A stretch of 64,000 bases of DNA from a virus (lineage: Duplodnaviria > Caudoviricetes), in the IMG/VR virus record IMGVR_UViG_3300021255_003058, positions 1 to 64,000 of that record; one strand, given 5' to 3'. The notes beneath the pieces were generated by a model that was not told the origin of the DNA, did no database searches, and saw only the letters and a program-made list of their open reading frames with translations. Below are positions 48,440 through 59,202 of the stretch, piece after piece. A program made the position numbers and the translations under genes. Numbering within the stretch: the first letter of the stretch is position 1; every line of letters starts with the position of its first letter.

Positions 48440-48673
48440 TTATTTTTTTGAATTATGTCTAAATAATGAACTTATCAAAGAAACAAGAATCATTACACCA
48501 CAAGCCTCCCAAAATGTCAAAATTGGAGCGTTTGTCCAAAATAATGGAGCAAGCCAATTCCATAGTATCATAAATATAAAACCACCAAATGCTCCAAATA
48601 AAATGCAAATCAATAATATTATTGATATTATAAAGCAATAAACAAAAATACCTGATGAATTATAAAAGCTCAT
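48440..48673 (-). CDS. Small membrane protein
   Basis: Two hydrophobic segments. Confidence 0.65.
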   Translation of the reverse strand: MSFYNSSGIFVYCFIISIILLICILFGAFGGFIFMILWNWLAPLFWTNAPILTFWEACGVMILVSLISSLFRHNSKK

Positions 48674-48694
48674 AATTATTTATAAATTTATTTA

Positions 48695-49168
48695 TTAAAA
48701 TGTATCATCAAATGTCGAATGTTCTTTAAGAAATCCATACTCAACATCATGTTTATATGTTATGTTTTTTAGTTTTTCATGTAATTTAATTAATGCATCT
48801 TCATACGATATTGAACTTTTACAATATTCTTCAAATTTTTGATCTGATTTATATCCAGCAATATACATATTTGATTGCTTAAATAATGTCAATTTACAAT
48901 ATGTTTCAAACCACTTCCATTTTTTATTGAATTTACACTCAAAATGAGAAGGTATCTTAATTCCATATATATCATTCATTAAATGAATATATATATCTTC
49001 TTTACAATGTGTCTGATGAATTGTTTTCCAATACCCAAAAATCCAAATACCTTTATAAACTTGTAACTTATATGTAATTTCATCACCATTCATAAGTGCA
49101 AATGAAAGTACTGGCAATAAAAAATAATCAAAAGTATTATCAGTTGTCTTAATCCTATATTTTTGCAT
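48695..49168 (-). CDS. hypothetical protein
   Basis: ORF in packed block. Confidence 0.65.
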   Translation of the reverse strand: MQKYRIKTTDNTFDYFLLPVLSFALMNGDEITYKLQVYKGIWIFGYWKTIHQTHCKEDIYIHLMNDIYGIKIPSHFECKFNKKWKWFETYCKLTLFKQSNMYIAGYKSDQKFEEYCKSSISYEDALIKLHEKLKNITYKHDVEYGFLKEHSTFDDTF

Positions 49169-49170
49169 AA

Positions 49171-49365
49171 TTACTTAAGTTTGAATTCACGTCCACAGAA
49201 AGGACAAAATCTGATTGAAGCATAACAATTTTCTTCACCATGAGCAGTAATAGATCCAAGCTCCATTGTTAGCCCTATGTAATTTTCTTTATGATCTTCA
49301 ATATTTATTGATTTTCTAATACCTTTACGAAGATCGTTGTAAATACAATTTTTATAATCTAACAT
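49171..49365 (-). CDS. hypothetical protein with CPFCG motif
   Basis: C-terminal IRFCPFCGR. Confidence 0.65.
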   Translation of the reverse strand: MLDYKNCIYNDLRKGIRKSINIEDHKENYIGLTMELGSITAHGEENCYASIRFCPFCGREFKLK

Positions 49366-49535
49366 AATTAAATTTATTTATCTGTTAAAATAAAATAGAA
49401 CATTATTAAATAAATTCAAATTATATATAAAAACTAAATATGAAAATAAAAATTTAAAAAATTTAAATGAATTAAATGTATTTAACTATTTTTATTAGAT
49501 AATCTCATTAAGTAGTAAAAATATAATTATGAATA

Positions 49536-50558
49536 ATGAGAACATTAATTATAGGAGATTTGCATTTTGGTATAAAAAATAATTCACTTTCATGGTTAGA
49601 ATTACAATTAGATTTTTTTAAAAAACAAATATTTAATATTATTGAAACAAAAAATATTGATAGAATAATACAATTAGGAGATTTAAGTGATATAAGATAT
49701 TCAATTAATCAACAAATTGGCATAGAAATTAAAAAATTATTTCGTGAAATGCTTAATAAATTTAATGATAAAGAATTTATATTTATAGCTGGAAATCATG
49801 ATTATTATTCGCCTCTTGAAGAATTTGCAGAATATACATCATATGAATTAATGTTTGGTGATGAATTTTATAAATGCCATCCAAATTTTAAAGTAATTCA
49901 AAGTGATCCTTATATAACTGAAGATGGTTGTTTGATACTTCCATGGTATTGGACAGAAAATACGGATCATATAGATGAATTATTATATACATATGATTTT
50001 GGCTCAGAAGTTAAAGCAATCTTTTGTCATACAGATTTAACTTCTTGGCCAGGAGCTCGAATAGCATCATTTAAAGGTGTTCCTATTTATTCTGGCCACA
50101 TACATTTTATAGTTGAAGATAATCTTTGTAATTTACATAATATTGGAGCAGCTGTGCCATTAACATTTAATGATGTTAATCAAGATAGATATTTATATAT
50201 ATTGGAAGATTATAAAATTGTAGACAAAATTAAAAATGAAACTACACCACAATTCAAAAGAGCATATAATGAACAGATATTTGAATTAAAAGAAGAATAT
50301 TTTAATAATTCTTATGTGCAGTTATGTATATCGTCTGCAAATATAAATAAAGCAAAATATGTTGAATATCTTAAAGAGCTAAAAACTACATATATTAATG
50401 CAAATATTAGACTTCATATTATTGATGATGATACAAATATTGAAACGTTAAAAGCTGAAGGATTCAATACAAATATTGAAACTTATATTGAAAAGAATAT
50501 TCCTGAACATTTAGATGATAAGTACAATTTAATTAAACAAAAATTACAAGAGCAATAA
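49536..50558 (+). CDS. SbcD/Mre11-like recombination nuclease (T4 gp47-like)
   Basis: GDLHFG, LGDL, AGNHD and SGHIH metallophosphoesterase motifs. Confidence 0.9.
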   Translation: MRTLIIGDLHFGIKNNSLSWLELQLDFFKKQIFNIIETKNIDRIIQLGDLSDIRYSINQQIGIEIKKLFREMLNKFNDKEFIFIAGNHDYYSPLEEFAEYTSYELMFGDEFYKCHPNFKVIQSDPYITEDGCLILPWYWTENTDHIDELLYTYDFGSEVKAIFCHTDLTSWPGARIASFKGVPIYSGHIHFIVEDNLCNLHNIGAAVPLTFNDVNQDRYLYILEDYKIVDKIKNETTPQFKRAYNEQIFELKEEYFNNSYVQLCISSANINKAKYVEYLKELKTTYINANIRLHIIDDDTNIETLKAEGFNTNIETYIEKNIPEHLDDKYNLIKQKLQEQ

Positions 50559-50567
50559 TATTTAAAT

Positions 50568-52271
50568 ATGACTATACATAGTATACAAATAAAAGATTTT
50601 AAAAGTCTTTATGGCACTCATTATTTTGATTTTGATAAGATGAAAGGTCTTATTAAGTTATCTGGACCTATTGGATCTGGTAAAACATCAATTGGTGAAG
50701 CATTAATATGGGGACTTTATGGAAATGTAAAGGGACAAACTAATCCTGGATTAGTGGCATGGAACTGTAAAGCATGTGAAGTAGAAATCAATTTAACATC
50801 AAAAGATAAAGAAGTTCATATTGTAAGAAATATTCGTGAACCACTGATTGTTGAAATCAATGGAAAAACGTTATCTGCTTCAAACAAAAAAGATACACAA
50901 TCAATACTTGAAGAGGAAGTATTTGATATTCCTAAACTTGCAGTAACAAAAATGTGTATTATTTCATTTAATGCATTCAATAGTCTTGCTTCTATGGGTG
51001 TTGGTGAAACTAAACAATTTCTTGACGATATATTTGGATTTAAATTATTCTCTGAATATAATGATGAAGTTAAGATTGAAAGAAAAACACAAGAAAATGA
51101 AGCAATAAGATTACAGTCAGTATATGATGAAAATTTAGAACAAATTGAGCATCTTAAAGAAAAGCAGATATCACAAACAAAAGAGTTAACACAAACAATA
51201 GATGTTGAAGCTCTTAATAAAAGGAGAGCAGAATATATTGAGCAAGGTGTCGCTGAAAAGAAAAAGAAAGAAGGTTTTGAAAATAAAATCTTCACTGAAA
51301 AACAAGAAGTAGATACAAAGATTAAAGAATGCCAAGATAAGATGACTGAAACAAAGACATTAGGTCAGCAAGCAAAAAGTCATTATAATACATTTAAGAC
51401 TGGTATTTGTCCTACTTGTGGACAAAAAATTGATCAATCACATATTGATGAGTATAAACAAAAATATGATGATTATATTGAGATTTACAAAGAATGGGAT
51501 AAGAAGAAAAAAGAGTATGAATTAGATAAGATTAATATTGACAAGAAATATTATAATAGTATTGAAACTTGTAAGAACAATATGACAGATCTAAAGCAGA
51601 AGATTGTAAATATTGATGCCGAGCTTAAATCTTATAATGATTCAGTTCAATTATTGAATGATAATTATGATGTATTAATTAAAGAATTAGAAGATAAAAC
51701 TAAAAAAATCAAGGAACAACTTGATAAATGTGATTTAGAAATTGCTGAATGGAATGAAATGAATGAATTATTTAGTAAGACGTTACGTTATAATTTATTA
51801 GAAACATTGATACCTCATATTAATCGTTCAATACAATTTTTTATAAATAAACTTGAACAAAACTACAAGATTGAATATGATCAAGAATTTAAGGCTCATA
51901 TTTATGTTGATGGCTGGGATAAAGAAATTTCTTATAACAATTTAAGTACAGGACAGAGAAAATCTCTGGATCTTGCAATTATTTTTGGAATATTGCAAAA
52001 TATTATTGCTAATGTAGATCTTAATATATTATTTTTAGATGAATTATTTAGTAATATGGATGTTAATGCTAGAAACATTATGATATCTCTTTTACAAGAA
52101 AACATGGGTGACAATAAGACAATATTTATTATTAATCATGCAGAAATGGGAGACGATATGTTTAATCATAAAATACGAGTAAAACTTGAAAAGAAAAGAA
52201 TAATATCGGCTTCGCAGAAAAAAGGAGAAGATGTTGTAGTACAAGCTTCAAAATATGAACAAGAATTTTAA
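50568..52271 (+). CDS. SbcC/Rad50-like ATPase (T4 gp46-like)
   Basis: GPIGSGKT Walker A, CPTCGQ Zn hook, LSTGQ signature, FLDE Walker B. Confidence 0.9.
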   Translation: MTIHSIQIKDFKSLYGTHYFDFDKMKGLIKLSGPIGSGKTSIGEALIWGLYGNVKGQTNPGLVAWNCKACEVEINLTSKDKEVHIVRNIREPLIVEINGKTLSASNKKDTQSILEEEVFDIPKLAVTKMCIISFNAFNSLASMGVGETKQFLDDIFGFKLFSEYNDEVKIERKTQENEAIRLQSVYDENLEQIEHLKEKQISQTKELTQTIDVEALNKRRAEYIEQGVAEKKKKEGFENKIFTEKQEVDTKIKECQDKMTETKTLGQQAKSHYNTFKTGICPTCGQKIDQSHIDEYKQKYDDYIEIYKEWDKKKKEYELDKINIDKKYYNSIETCKNNMTDLKQKIVNIDAELKSYNDSVQLLNDNYDVLIKELEDKTKKIKEQLDKCDLEIAEWNEMNELFSKTLRYNLLETLIPHINRSIQFFINKLEQNYKIEYDQEFKAHIYVDGWDKEISYNNLSTGQRKSLDLAIIFGILQNIIANVDLNILFLDELFSNMDVNARNIMISLLQENMGDNKTIFIINHAEMGDDMFNHKIRVKLEKKRIISASQKKGEDVVVQASKYEQEF

Positions 52272-52315
52272 ATTATTTTTAAATATATTGAACAAATTAA
52301 TTAAACTAAAAATTT

Positions 52316-53608
52316 ATGAAAAAGTTAATTTTTACATTAATCTTTGTAATGGTTATGGGATTTGGTTTTATATCATGTACTAAAGATATAGAATCATATA
52401 CTCCACAACAAGTAAAAGAAATGCAGTATGCTGCTGCATTTGAACAAACTTTCGGTGCAATTTCTCCATCACAAACTTGGGGATTTTCAAATCCGACTTC
52501 TGCTACAAAAGCAATAACACGTTCTGCACAACCTAATTCTAACCAATGGGGAACTAACGATTGGGATGGAAGATATAAAGATTACCCAAAGCCAGCAGAT
52601 ATTACTCCTGAAGAAAGAGCTAAAGTGTTAGCTGTGTTTAATGAAAAGGGTGAAGAAAGTTATACTGATTTAGTTAATTGGTCTAATTTTTTTGTACAGC
52701 AAGTTTATTGTGGACCTAATGGATGGAAAATGAATGAGCTTGCATGTTGGGACACACAAGGTTACAATAGCACAATTTATCCAGATTGGAACAATTATCA
52801 ACCAACAATTGTATTTTCAAATGATGATATTGTAAACAATTTTAATGGTGGTAAATATAGTGGAAATGCAGAACAAGGCTGTATGTTAATGTTTAATTCT
52901 TCTACTTCACAATGGAGTTTCAAGACTTCTCAAAGTGGTGGTGAGCGTATATATGACCATTGGAGAATGGAAGAAATTGATGGTAATTATTATGTAGGTC
53001 TTGACCATGAAGCATGGAAACAAGCTCCTACAAATGCAAATGAAGAAGATAAAAGAGACTATGTTTATAATGATTGGATTATAAAGATTGCTCCAGGTAA
53101 CGGGCAAACACCTCCAGATAAAGTTAAAGAAGAAGGAATGATTATTTGTGAAGATTTAGGTAATATAGGTGATTTTGATTTTAATGATGTTGTTTTTTAT
53201 GCAAAGATATTTGAAAGCGGAAGAACTGAAATTACTTTATTAGCTGCAGGTGGAACATTAGATATATCAGTTGCTGGTGTTAATGTTGGTCAAGTAATGG
53301 GTAAGATGGTTAATACTGGTCTTAAATCAGTTCAAGAATATTTCTTTGTTGCAGCAAATACTTATAATTCATTAATTGATATTCCTATTATTGTTTCACA
53401 AACTGATAATGCAGGTAATGTTACATCATATGAATTAACAGCAGTAATGGGTAAAGCTCCACAAAAAATTTGTGTACCACTTGGATTTAAATGGTGTAAA
53501 GAATACAAATCATTAGCAGATGCATATGAAGGATTCAAAACATGGACAACTGGAGCTTCATCAACATGGACAGAAGGAGCATTTAATGAAGAATTAGTAA
53601 TGCCATAA
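52316..53608 (+). CDS. Bacteroidota-type lipoprotein, DUF4842/LruC-like C-terminus
   Basis: FISC lipobox; CEDLGNIGDFDFNDVV..LLAAGGT motif. Confidence 0.7.
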   Translation: MKKLIFTLIFVMVMGFGFISCTKDIESYTPQQVKEMQYAAAFEQTFGAISPSQTWGFSNPTSATKAITRSAQPNSNQWGTNDWDGRYKDYPKPADITPEERAKVLAVFNEKGEESYTDLVNWSNFFVQQVYCGPNGWKMNELACWDTQGYNSTIYPDWNNYQPTIVFSNDDIVNNFNGGKYSGNAEQGCMLMFNSSTSQWSFKTSQSGGERIYDHWRMEEIDGNYYVGLDHEAWKQAPTNANEEDKRDYVYNDWIIKIAPGNGQTPPDKVKEEGMIICEDLGNIGDFDFNDVVFYAKIFESGRTEITLLAAGGTLDISVAGVNVGQVMGKMVNTGLKSVQEYFFVAANTYNSLIDIPIIVSQTDNAGNVTSYELTAVMGKAPQKICVPLGFKWCKEYKSLADAYEGFKTWTTGASSTWTEGAFNEELVMP

Positions 53609-53693
53609 CAATTATAATTATATAAATTAAGGAGGAACATATGTTTCTCCTTTTTAATGTTTAATAAAAGATATGGTGTTGACAGATTCTGTC

Positions 53694-54176
53694 TTAACAT
53701 TTTTTAGCTTTTCTATACTTAATCAACCACTTTCGATAATCTTTATTATTAAAGATACCTATGTGTTCTCGTTTATTAAGTTCATTTTTAATATCCTGAA
53801 TTCTACCTTCCCAATATAATCCTTCAAATCTAAAATTCATTTCATCTCCAAATTGCCATTCATTATATCCATAATAATATCCATCCTCATCCCAGTGAGC
53901 ATCCTGTTTGCTTTTAACAGTTGTGAACTTTTTATGACATTCTTCTCCAGTTGATTTTGTGTAACCTAAACATACGTGATTATATATTACTCCATCTTTT
54001 TCAAATGGTCCATAAAAAGGAATCCAAAATTCATTCTTTTTAGAATTCCAATTATAAATTTCTTTATACTTCCCATGGTCAGTAAGACAATGTCTATTTT
54101 TGCGATAGAAATGTAATATTACCTCTGTTGGGAATTTTGATAACGGTGTTATCTTTTTACTATTATTGTTATGCAT
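53694..54176 (-). CDS. hypothetical protein
   Basis: ORF in packed block. Confidence 0.7.
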   Translation of the reverse strand: MHNNNSKKITPLSKFPTEVILHFYRKNRHCLTDHGKYKEIYNWNSKKNEFWIPFYGPFEKDGVIYNHVCLGYTKSTGEECHKKFTTVKSKQDAHWDEDGYYYGYNEWQFGDEMNFRFEGLYWEGRIQDIKNELNKREHIGIFNNKDYRKWLIKYRKAKKC

Positions 54177-54177
54177 A

Positions 54178-54414
54178 TTAGTCTAAAATTGTTAATTTAA
54201 CTCCAGGCAAACGATTATTAAATGTCCGCCAAATTTTATTATAATGATATTTTGAACACGTTTCAGATCTCATCCAATAATATATTGCAACATTATCGTG
54301 ATCTGGATTTTCATTAACACTTTTGACTAGTACTTTGTAAGCTTCATCATTTAATTGTAAATTTAATTTTGTTGTTCGTATTACGTTTGTTCTTTCTAAT
54401 GTAATGTGGTGCAT
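54178..54414 (-). CDS. hypothetical protein
   Basis: ORF in packed block. Confidence 0.6.
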   Translation of the reverse strand: MHHITLERTNVIRTTKLNLQLNDEAYKVLVKSVNENPDHDNVAIYYWMRSETCSKYHYNKIWRTFNNRLPGVKLTILD

Positions 54415-54417
54415 ATA

Positions 54418-55041
54418 TTAGAACTTCCAAAAATTAATATCCTTATTGATTGACATTTCCATTGAGTTTACGTCCTCCTTGACTTCCTTCAAATCATATT
54501 TCAACTCAAGGAACTTCTTAATAAAATCAAGAGTGATAAACTCATTGCACTGCTCGTAATATTTCTCGCGCCATGAATAAGTTCTAAAATCAGTAATTGT
54601 ATTGAACAATTTCTCAGCGTTAGTCTCACCCTTCTCAATTTCAGCCTGCAGAAACTCGAGGAAGATTCGAACCTCTCCGAGCGACTGAAGCTTTTCCCAA
54701 GTCAAATCAGAATAAATGCGGCCGAACTTACCGAAAGCAATGATTCTAGTTGCCCAGAGGTAGTCAGAGTCATTCTTCTTGCGCCACTTATTAATGTAAC
54801 CTCCCCACTCACGAAGATTATATTTCTTTGAACCAGCTTCCCACCCGAAACGAGCATTGTAACCAACAGCAGCAATTCCCATTGTACCATCAACAATTGC
54901 GGTTTCAACATCTCCAATCCAATGCCAATGATTAAACGGACGGGAGTTCTCGTACTTGCCATCAGAAATCTGTCCTTCCATTTCCATTGAATAGAGGCAC
55001 ATTGCAGAAGCGTTCTTGAAATGAATTGTCAAATTCTTCAT
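54418..55041 (-). CDS. hypothetical protein
   Basis: 207-aa ORF with higher GC, after promoter-like motif. Confidence 0.75.
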   Translation of the reverse strand: MKNLTIHFKNASAMCLYSMEMEGQISDGKYENSRPFNHWHWIGDVETAIVDGTMGIAAVGYNARFGWEAGSKKYNLREWGGYINKWRKKNDSDYLWATRIIAFGKFGRIYSDLTWEKLQSLGEVRIFLEFLQAEIEKGETNAEKLFNTITDFRTYSWREKYYEQCNEFITLDFIKKFLELKYDLKEVKEDVNSMEMSINKDINFWKF

Positions 55042-55204
55042 ATTGTTTATTTATTTTGATTAATGCAATTTTGGAAATTTCATATTTCAATACAATTATA
55101 ATGAATGTTTTTTTTATGTTACCATCCATACATAAATAATATAGTATCTTATTCAAAAAATTCAAATATTATATAAATTTCATATAAAATTTATAAAACA
55201 TATA

Positions 55205-55447
55205 TTAAATATTTTTAGTTACGAATAATTCTACACCATCATATTCTTTAATAAAGTCCTCATAAGATATGATATCTACATCAACCATATCCAATATTCC
55301 ATCACCGCGGTCCTCCCATATTTCAATATCAATAGTATTATTATTACCGAGATAATATGAATTACCATACTCATCATCTAGATGATGAGTAAAACGATTA
55401 GTCATCAAATATAAAAGGGCATCCTGAGAATTTATAAAACTTTTCAT
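55205..55447 (-). CDS. hypothetical protein
   Basis: ORF. Confidence 0.6.
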   Translation of the reverse strand: MKSFINSQDALLYLMTNRFTHHLDDEYGNSYYLGNNNTIDIEIWEDRGDGILDMVDVDIISYEDFIKEYDGVELFVTKNI

Positions 55448-55597
55448 ATTTATTTCTTTTTATAATATTTTTGGTCTTCAATATACAATTCATTAACAAT
55501 AAACATCTTACGAATAAGATATCCATTATCCGTAAATCCTTCAACAGTCCAATATTCTTTTGAACCTATTTTATATATTGTATCGTTAATGTTAAAT

Positions 55598-55861
55598 TTA
55601 CGCTTCATTTTCTTTCTTTTTGATAACTGCTAAAAATATATTTCTATCTGAAACTTTATATGAACGCTTCAAATCATCAATTCCTGCCCCTTTATATTTT
55701 GCAGAAGGAACAACAGTGAACTTCTGATTACCACTTTTATCATAGTCAAATTTTACAACTGTTCCGAAAATAAAGTGTCCTTTAACCTTAATGAACACAG
55801 GATCTCCGAGATGCAGTTCATGACAAAAACTATCGTAAAAATTTTCAAATAATGTACTCAT
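55598..55861 (-). CDS. hypothetical protein
   Basis: ORF. Confidence 0.65.
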   Translation of the reverse strand: MSTLFENFYDSFCHELHLGDPVFIKVKGHFIFGTVVKFDYDKSGNQKFTVVPSAKYKGAGIDDLKRSYKVSDRNIFLAVIKKKENEA

Positions 55862-56040
55862 ACAAATGCTTTATGTGAATCTCTATAACTGTCTGAATAA
55901 CCTTGTGAATAACCTGTTTCCCAGCACTTCTGAAAATAGTTCTTTACAGCAGTTAACTGATATTCATTTAATTGGTTTTCACAAACAGTATTCTGAATGA
56001 ATTTATTGAATATTGACTCTACCTGTGCTTCGTATTTCAT
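55858..56040 (-). CDS. hypothetical protein
   Basis: ORF coupled by ATGA overlap. Confidence 0.6.
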   Translation of the reverse strand: MKYEAQVESIFNKFIQNTVCENQLNEYQLTAVKNYFQKCWETGYSQGYSDSYRDSHKAFV

Positions 56041-56298
56041 ATTATTATGATATATAATTAAACGTAAAACTCACGGAAAAAAGAACCAGGATAACGCTTA
56101 TGTAATTCGCGCATTTCTTTACGACCGGGACTCATTGCCTGATGCCATTCACCGTTCTCAAGATAACGAACTTCGTACCACTTAATTTTTTTCTTTGCCA
56201 TATTATTATTCAATTTTATTACAATATTAATTCAGTTTATTGTATTACTGAATACATAAATAATATAGAACATATTTTAAAAAATTAAATATTATTAA

Positions 56299-56439
56299 AA
56301 AAATTATGCTAATTTTTTAAAATTGCATTATTAGAAAAATTATGCTAATTTTTTAAAATTGCATTATTAGAAAAATTATGCTAATTTTTTAAAATTGCAT
56401 TATTAGAAAAATTATGCTAATTTTTTAAAATTGCATTAT
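56299..56439. repeat. 36-bp tandem repeat, about 4 copies
   Basis: aaaaattatgctaattttttaaaattgcattattag head-to-tail with no spacers. Confidence 0.9.
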
Positions 56440-56534
56440 ATGTAATTTTTTACATACAACATGTAATATAATACATGAAAAATATTTTAATTGTCAAAAA
56501 TTTTTTATTTTTTATTAAAATATATATATATAAT

Positions 56535-57020
56535 ATGATATCAATTAAAGATTTTATACTTGAACATAATAATAAATTTAATGTTAATATGTTAGTAAGT
56601 CAATATGATAAATCAGATTTATTAAAATTAAAAGAACATGATAAAACAACAATACATAATATTGAATTTGAAATTACATACGTTAATCCAAAATATTATA
56701 AAGAAACACAATGTTCACCTATAAAAAATAAAGAATTAAAATATGGTTTATTTCAATTATTTTTATGGGATACTTGTGAAGAGTTAACAAATATGTATCC
56801 TGTACCAACAAATGTTAATAATAATGGTATTTATCCAAATTATTTTACTGATGGCAAAAATATATATGATATTGAAAATAATTTAAAACTAGTTACAAAA
56901 AATTCAAAAGATAAATCACGAATTTTATGTCATGGCGGATATCGTTCTCCAGAAGGTAAATATTATTTATCAACAAATAATTTAATTGATAAATCATTAA
57001 AAATTAAAGAATTATTATAA
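56535..57020 (+). CDS. hypothetical protein
   Basis: Likely start MISIKDFILE. Confidence 0.65.
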   Translation: MISIKDFILEHNNKFNVNMLVSQYDKSDLLKLKEHDKTTIHNIEFEITYVNPKYYKETQCSPIKNKELKYGLFQLFLWDTCEELTNMYPVPTNVNNNGIYPNYFTDGKNIYDIENNLKLVTKNSKDKSRILCHGGYRSPEGKYYLSTNNLIDKSLKIKELL

Positions 57021-57025
57021 TAAAC

Positions 57026-57053
57026 AAAGGGTTGTTTTACGACAACCCTTTTT
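57026..57053 (+). terminator. Intrinsic terminator
   Basis: aaagggttgt-tttacg-acaacccttt-ttt. Confidence 0.7.
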
Positions 57054-57222
57054 ATAATATATTTTGTTTATAATTTAAATATTATATAAAAAATAATAAG
57101 AAATAAATATAATTTATGTATTTTTTTATTAATATTTGTTAAAAGAATCTATTTTTTCTATATATAGTTATATTTTTATATAATCAGAAACAATACAAAA
57201 ATATATATAGTTTTTTATTTAT

Positions 57223-58344
57223 ATGAGTGTTACAGATGAAGAATTAATGGAAAGAGTATTAGCAGAACAAATTCCTGAAGCTCCAGAAGATGCACATCAA
57301 GGTGAAGATCACGAATCAGAAAAAGAAGCTTCTGTTGAAGAAGCACCAAGATCTGAAGCAGCAAAATATCTTGGTACAAAATTGAATCATAAACCAGGTG
57401 ATAATCCATTTGCTGACAAAGAGGCAGATAAAGAAATGATTGAAAAAAAAGGTCTTTCCCGCATTGGTGAAAACCTTAATAAAAATATTGAATATCGTGA
57501 AGGATGGTTACCAGTTGATATTGCGCTTTTAGGCAAGAGAGCAACATATTATCCTGAAGATTGGTCGTTCCGTATTCGTCCTGCAACTGTTGAAGCAATT
57601 CGTAACTGGTCAAATATTGATGATGAAAATCCAAATTCAGTAGATGAAGTTTTCAATGAAGTTATCAAGAGTTGTGTTGCTATTGTTGGCCCAAGTGGAC
57701 AACCAATTTCTTGGGGTAACTTGTCAGACTGGGATCGTTTCTTCTTCTTATGTCTTACCCGTGAATATACATTCCGTAACGGTGAGAGAAAGATTAAGTA
57801 TACTGATTATTGTCCAGAATGTGATAATGAAATTGAATTTGAATTAAATTCACAATCATTAATGTACGACTTCCCTGATGAAGAAGTAATGAAGTATTAT
57901 GATCGTGAGAATAGATGTTGGTATATCGACCCATCAGAATTTGGTATTGAAGGAGAAGAACCAATTCAATTGTATATTCCTACACTTGAAAAGGATGCTG
58001 CAATTAAAGCATGGCTTATTGCTCGTCTTCAAGAAAATCGTAACTTCAAGATTGACCAAACATTCTTACGTTTTGTTGCATGGATGACTCCAAAACTTTC
58101 AAAGGATGCAACTATTGCAGCACGTCAAATTAGAGAGCTTAACTTAAAATACAAGAGCTGGGATGAAGAGATGTTCTCATTTATGGATGATGTTATTCGT
58201 AATATTGTTGTTACACCTTCAAATAAATTGGTAATTAATTGTCCAATATGTGGAGAGGAGGTAACATCAAATATACGATTTCCGAACTCAATCAAGGAAC
58301 TTTTCTCTTACGAATCAAAGTTCAAGAAATTCGGAAAGAAATAA
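57223..58344 (+). CDS. Baseplate hub subunit, T4 gp26-like
   Basis: IRPATV, CPECDNE and C-terminal CPICGE motifs. Confidence 0.55.
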   Translation: MSVTDEELMERVLAEQIPEAPEDAHQGEDHESEKEASVEEAPRSEAAKYLGTKLNHKPGDNPFADKEADKEMIEKKGLSRIGENLNKNIEYREGWLPVDIALLGKRATYYPEDWSFRIRPATVEAIRNWSNIDDENPNSVDEVFNEVIKSCVAIVGPSGQPISWGNLSDWDRFFFLCLTREYTFRNGERKIKYTDYCPECDNEIEFELNSQSLMYDFPDEEVMKYYDRENRCWYIDPSEFGIEGEEPIQLYIPTLEKDAAIKAWLIARLQENRNFKIDQTFLRFVAWMTPKLSKDATIAARQIRELNLKYKSWDEEMFSFMDDVIRNIVVTPSNKLVINCPICGEEVTSNIRFPNSIKELFSYESKFKKFGKK

Positions 58345-58393
58345 ATATTCTATTTTATCTAAAGCTGAACAGGATATTTATGATTCTTATTTA

Positions 58394-58690
58394 TTGTTAA
58401 TTTATGCTCCATTTAGAATTGACACGGAGCAAATGTTGAAAAACTTTTTATATATATGTAAAGATTATCATATTCAGCCTTCTGAAATTAATCAGATGCC
58501 ATATTATCAATATGAAATATATCTTGAAGAAATAAAAGCAATTCAAAAACAACAAGAAAAAGAGAACGAAAATCAAGAAAAACAACAGGCGCAAATGATG
58601 AAAGGTATGAATCCTAATTCAATGATGAATAATATTAATAGAAATATGCCTAATATGAGTATGCCTAAGATTAATGTTCCAAAATTTTAA
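58394..58690 (+). CDS. Baseplate hub assembly protein, T4 gp51-like
   Basis: YHIQPSEINQMPYYQYEIY motif downstream of the gp26-like gene. Confidence 0.5.
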   Translation: MLIYAPFRIDTEQMLKNFLYICKDYHIQPSEINQMPYYQYEIYLEEIKAIQKQQEKENENQEKQQAQMMKGMNPNSMMNNINRNMPNMSMPKINVPKF

Positions 58691-58710
58691 CATAGAAAAA
58701 GCGAAGCTTA

Positions 58711-59196
58711 TCAATAAGTTTCGCTTTTTTGTTGTATATTACTTGCCATTATTGACAATATAATTTCTGGTTTTTTGCTTATAATATTTTTCTCATCAAT
58801 TTCACCTTCTCTTGAATTGTCCCAATTATGAATAACTGTTCTTGTATCATCAAAACAATACATTTGTTCTGCAATATCAATTCCATCTTTCATAATATCA
58901 GGCAAATCCATAATAGGATTTAAATCTGCAAGAACTAATGATGATGCTAAGAAACTACCAAATCCACAAAATTGCTCAGAAACATCAGAATAATCTGGAA
59001 AGATATAAAACATACAATGTGAACGAATATATGTTATTCTTATCTTATGCCATCCAGCCCCATGTTTTCGACCAATTGGAGTATCATAAGGCCAGTCCCG
59101 CCAGTATTCTCTTCCTACTTTAAGAGCTCTTTCATAATTATCTCTACCATATAAATCACTAATCATAGTAGAAAAACAAGTTTTTTTAATTTTCAT
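58711..59196 (-). CDS. hypothetical protein
   Basis: ORF in packed block. Confidence 0.7.
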   Translation of the reverse strand: MKIKKTCFSTMISDLYGRDNYERALKVGREYWRDWPYDTPIGRKHGAGWHKIRITYIRSHCMFYIFPDYSDVSEQFCGFGSFLASSLVLADLNPIMDLPDIMKDGIDIAEQMYCFDDTRTVIHNWDNSREGEIDEKNIISKKPEIILSIMASNIQQKSETY

Positions 59197-59202
59197 ATTA
59201 CA

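Noticed and set aside
56299-56439. 36-bp repeats as a CRISPR array
   Set aside because: No spacers between units.
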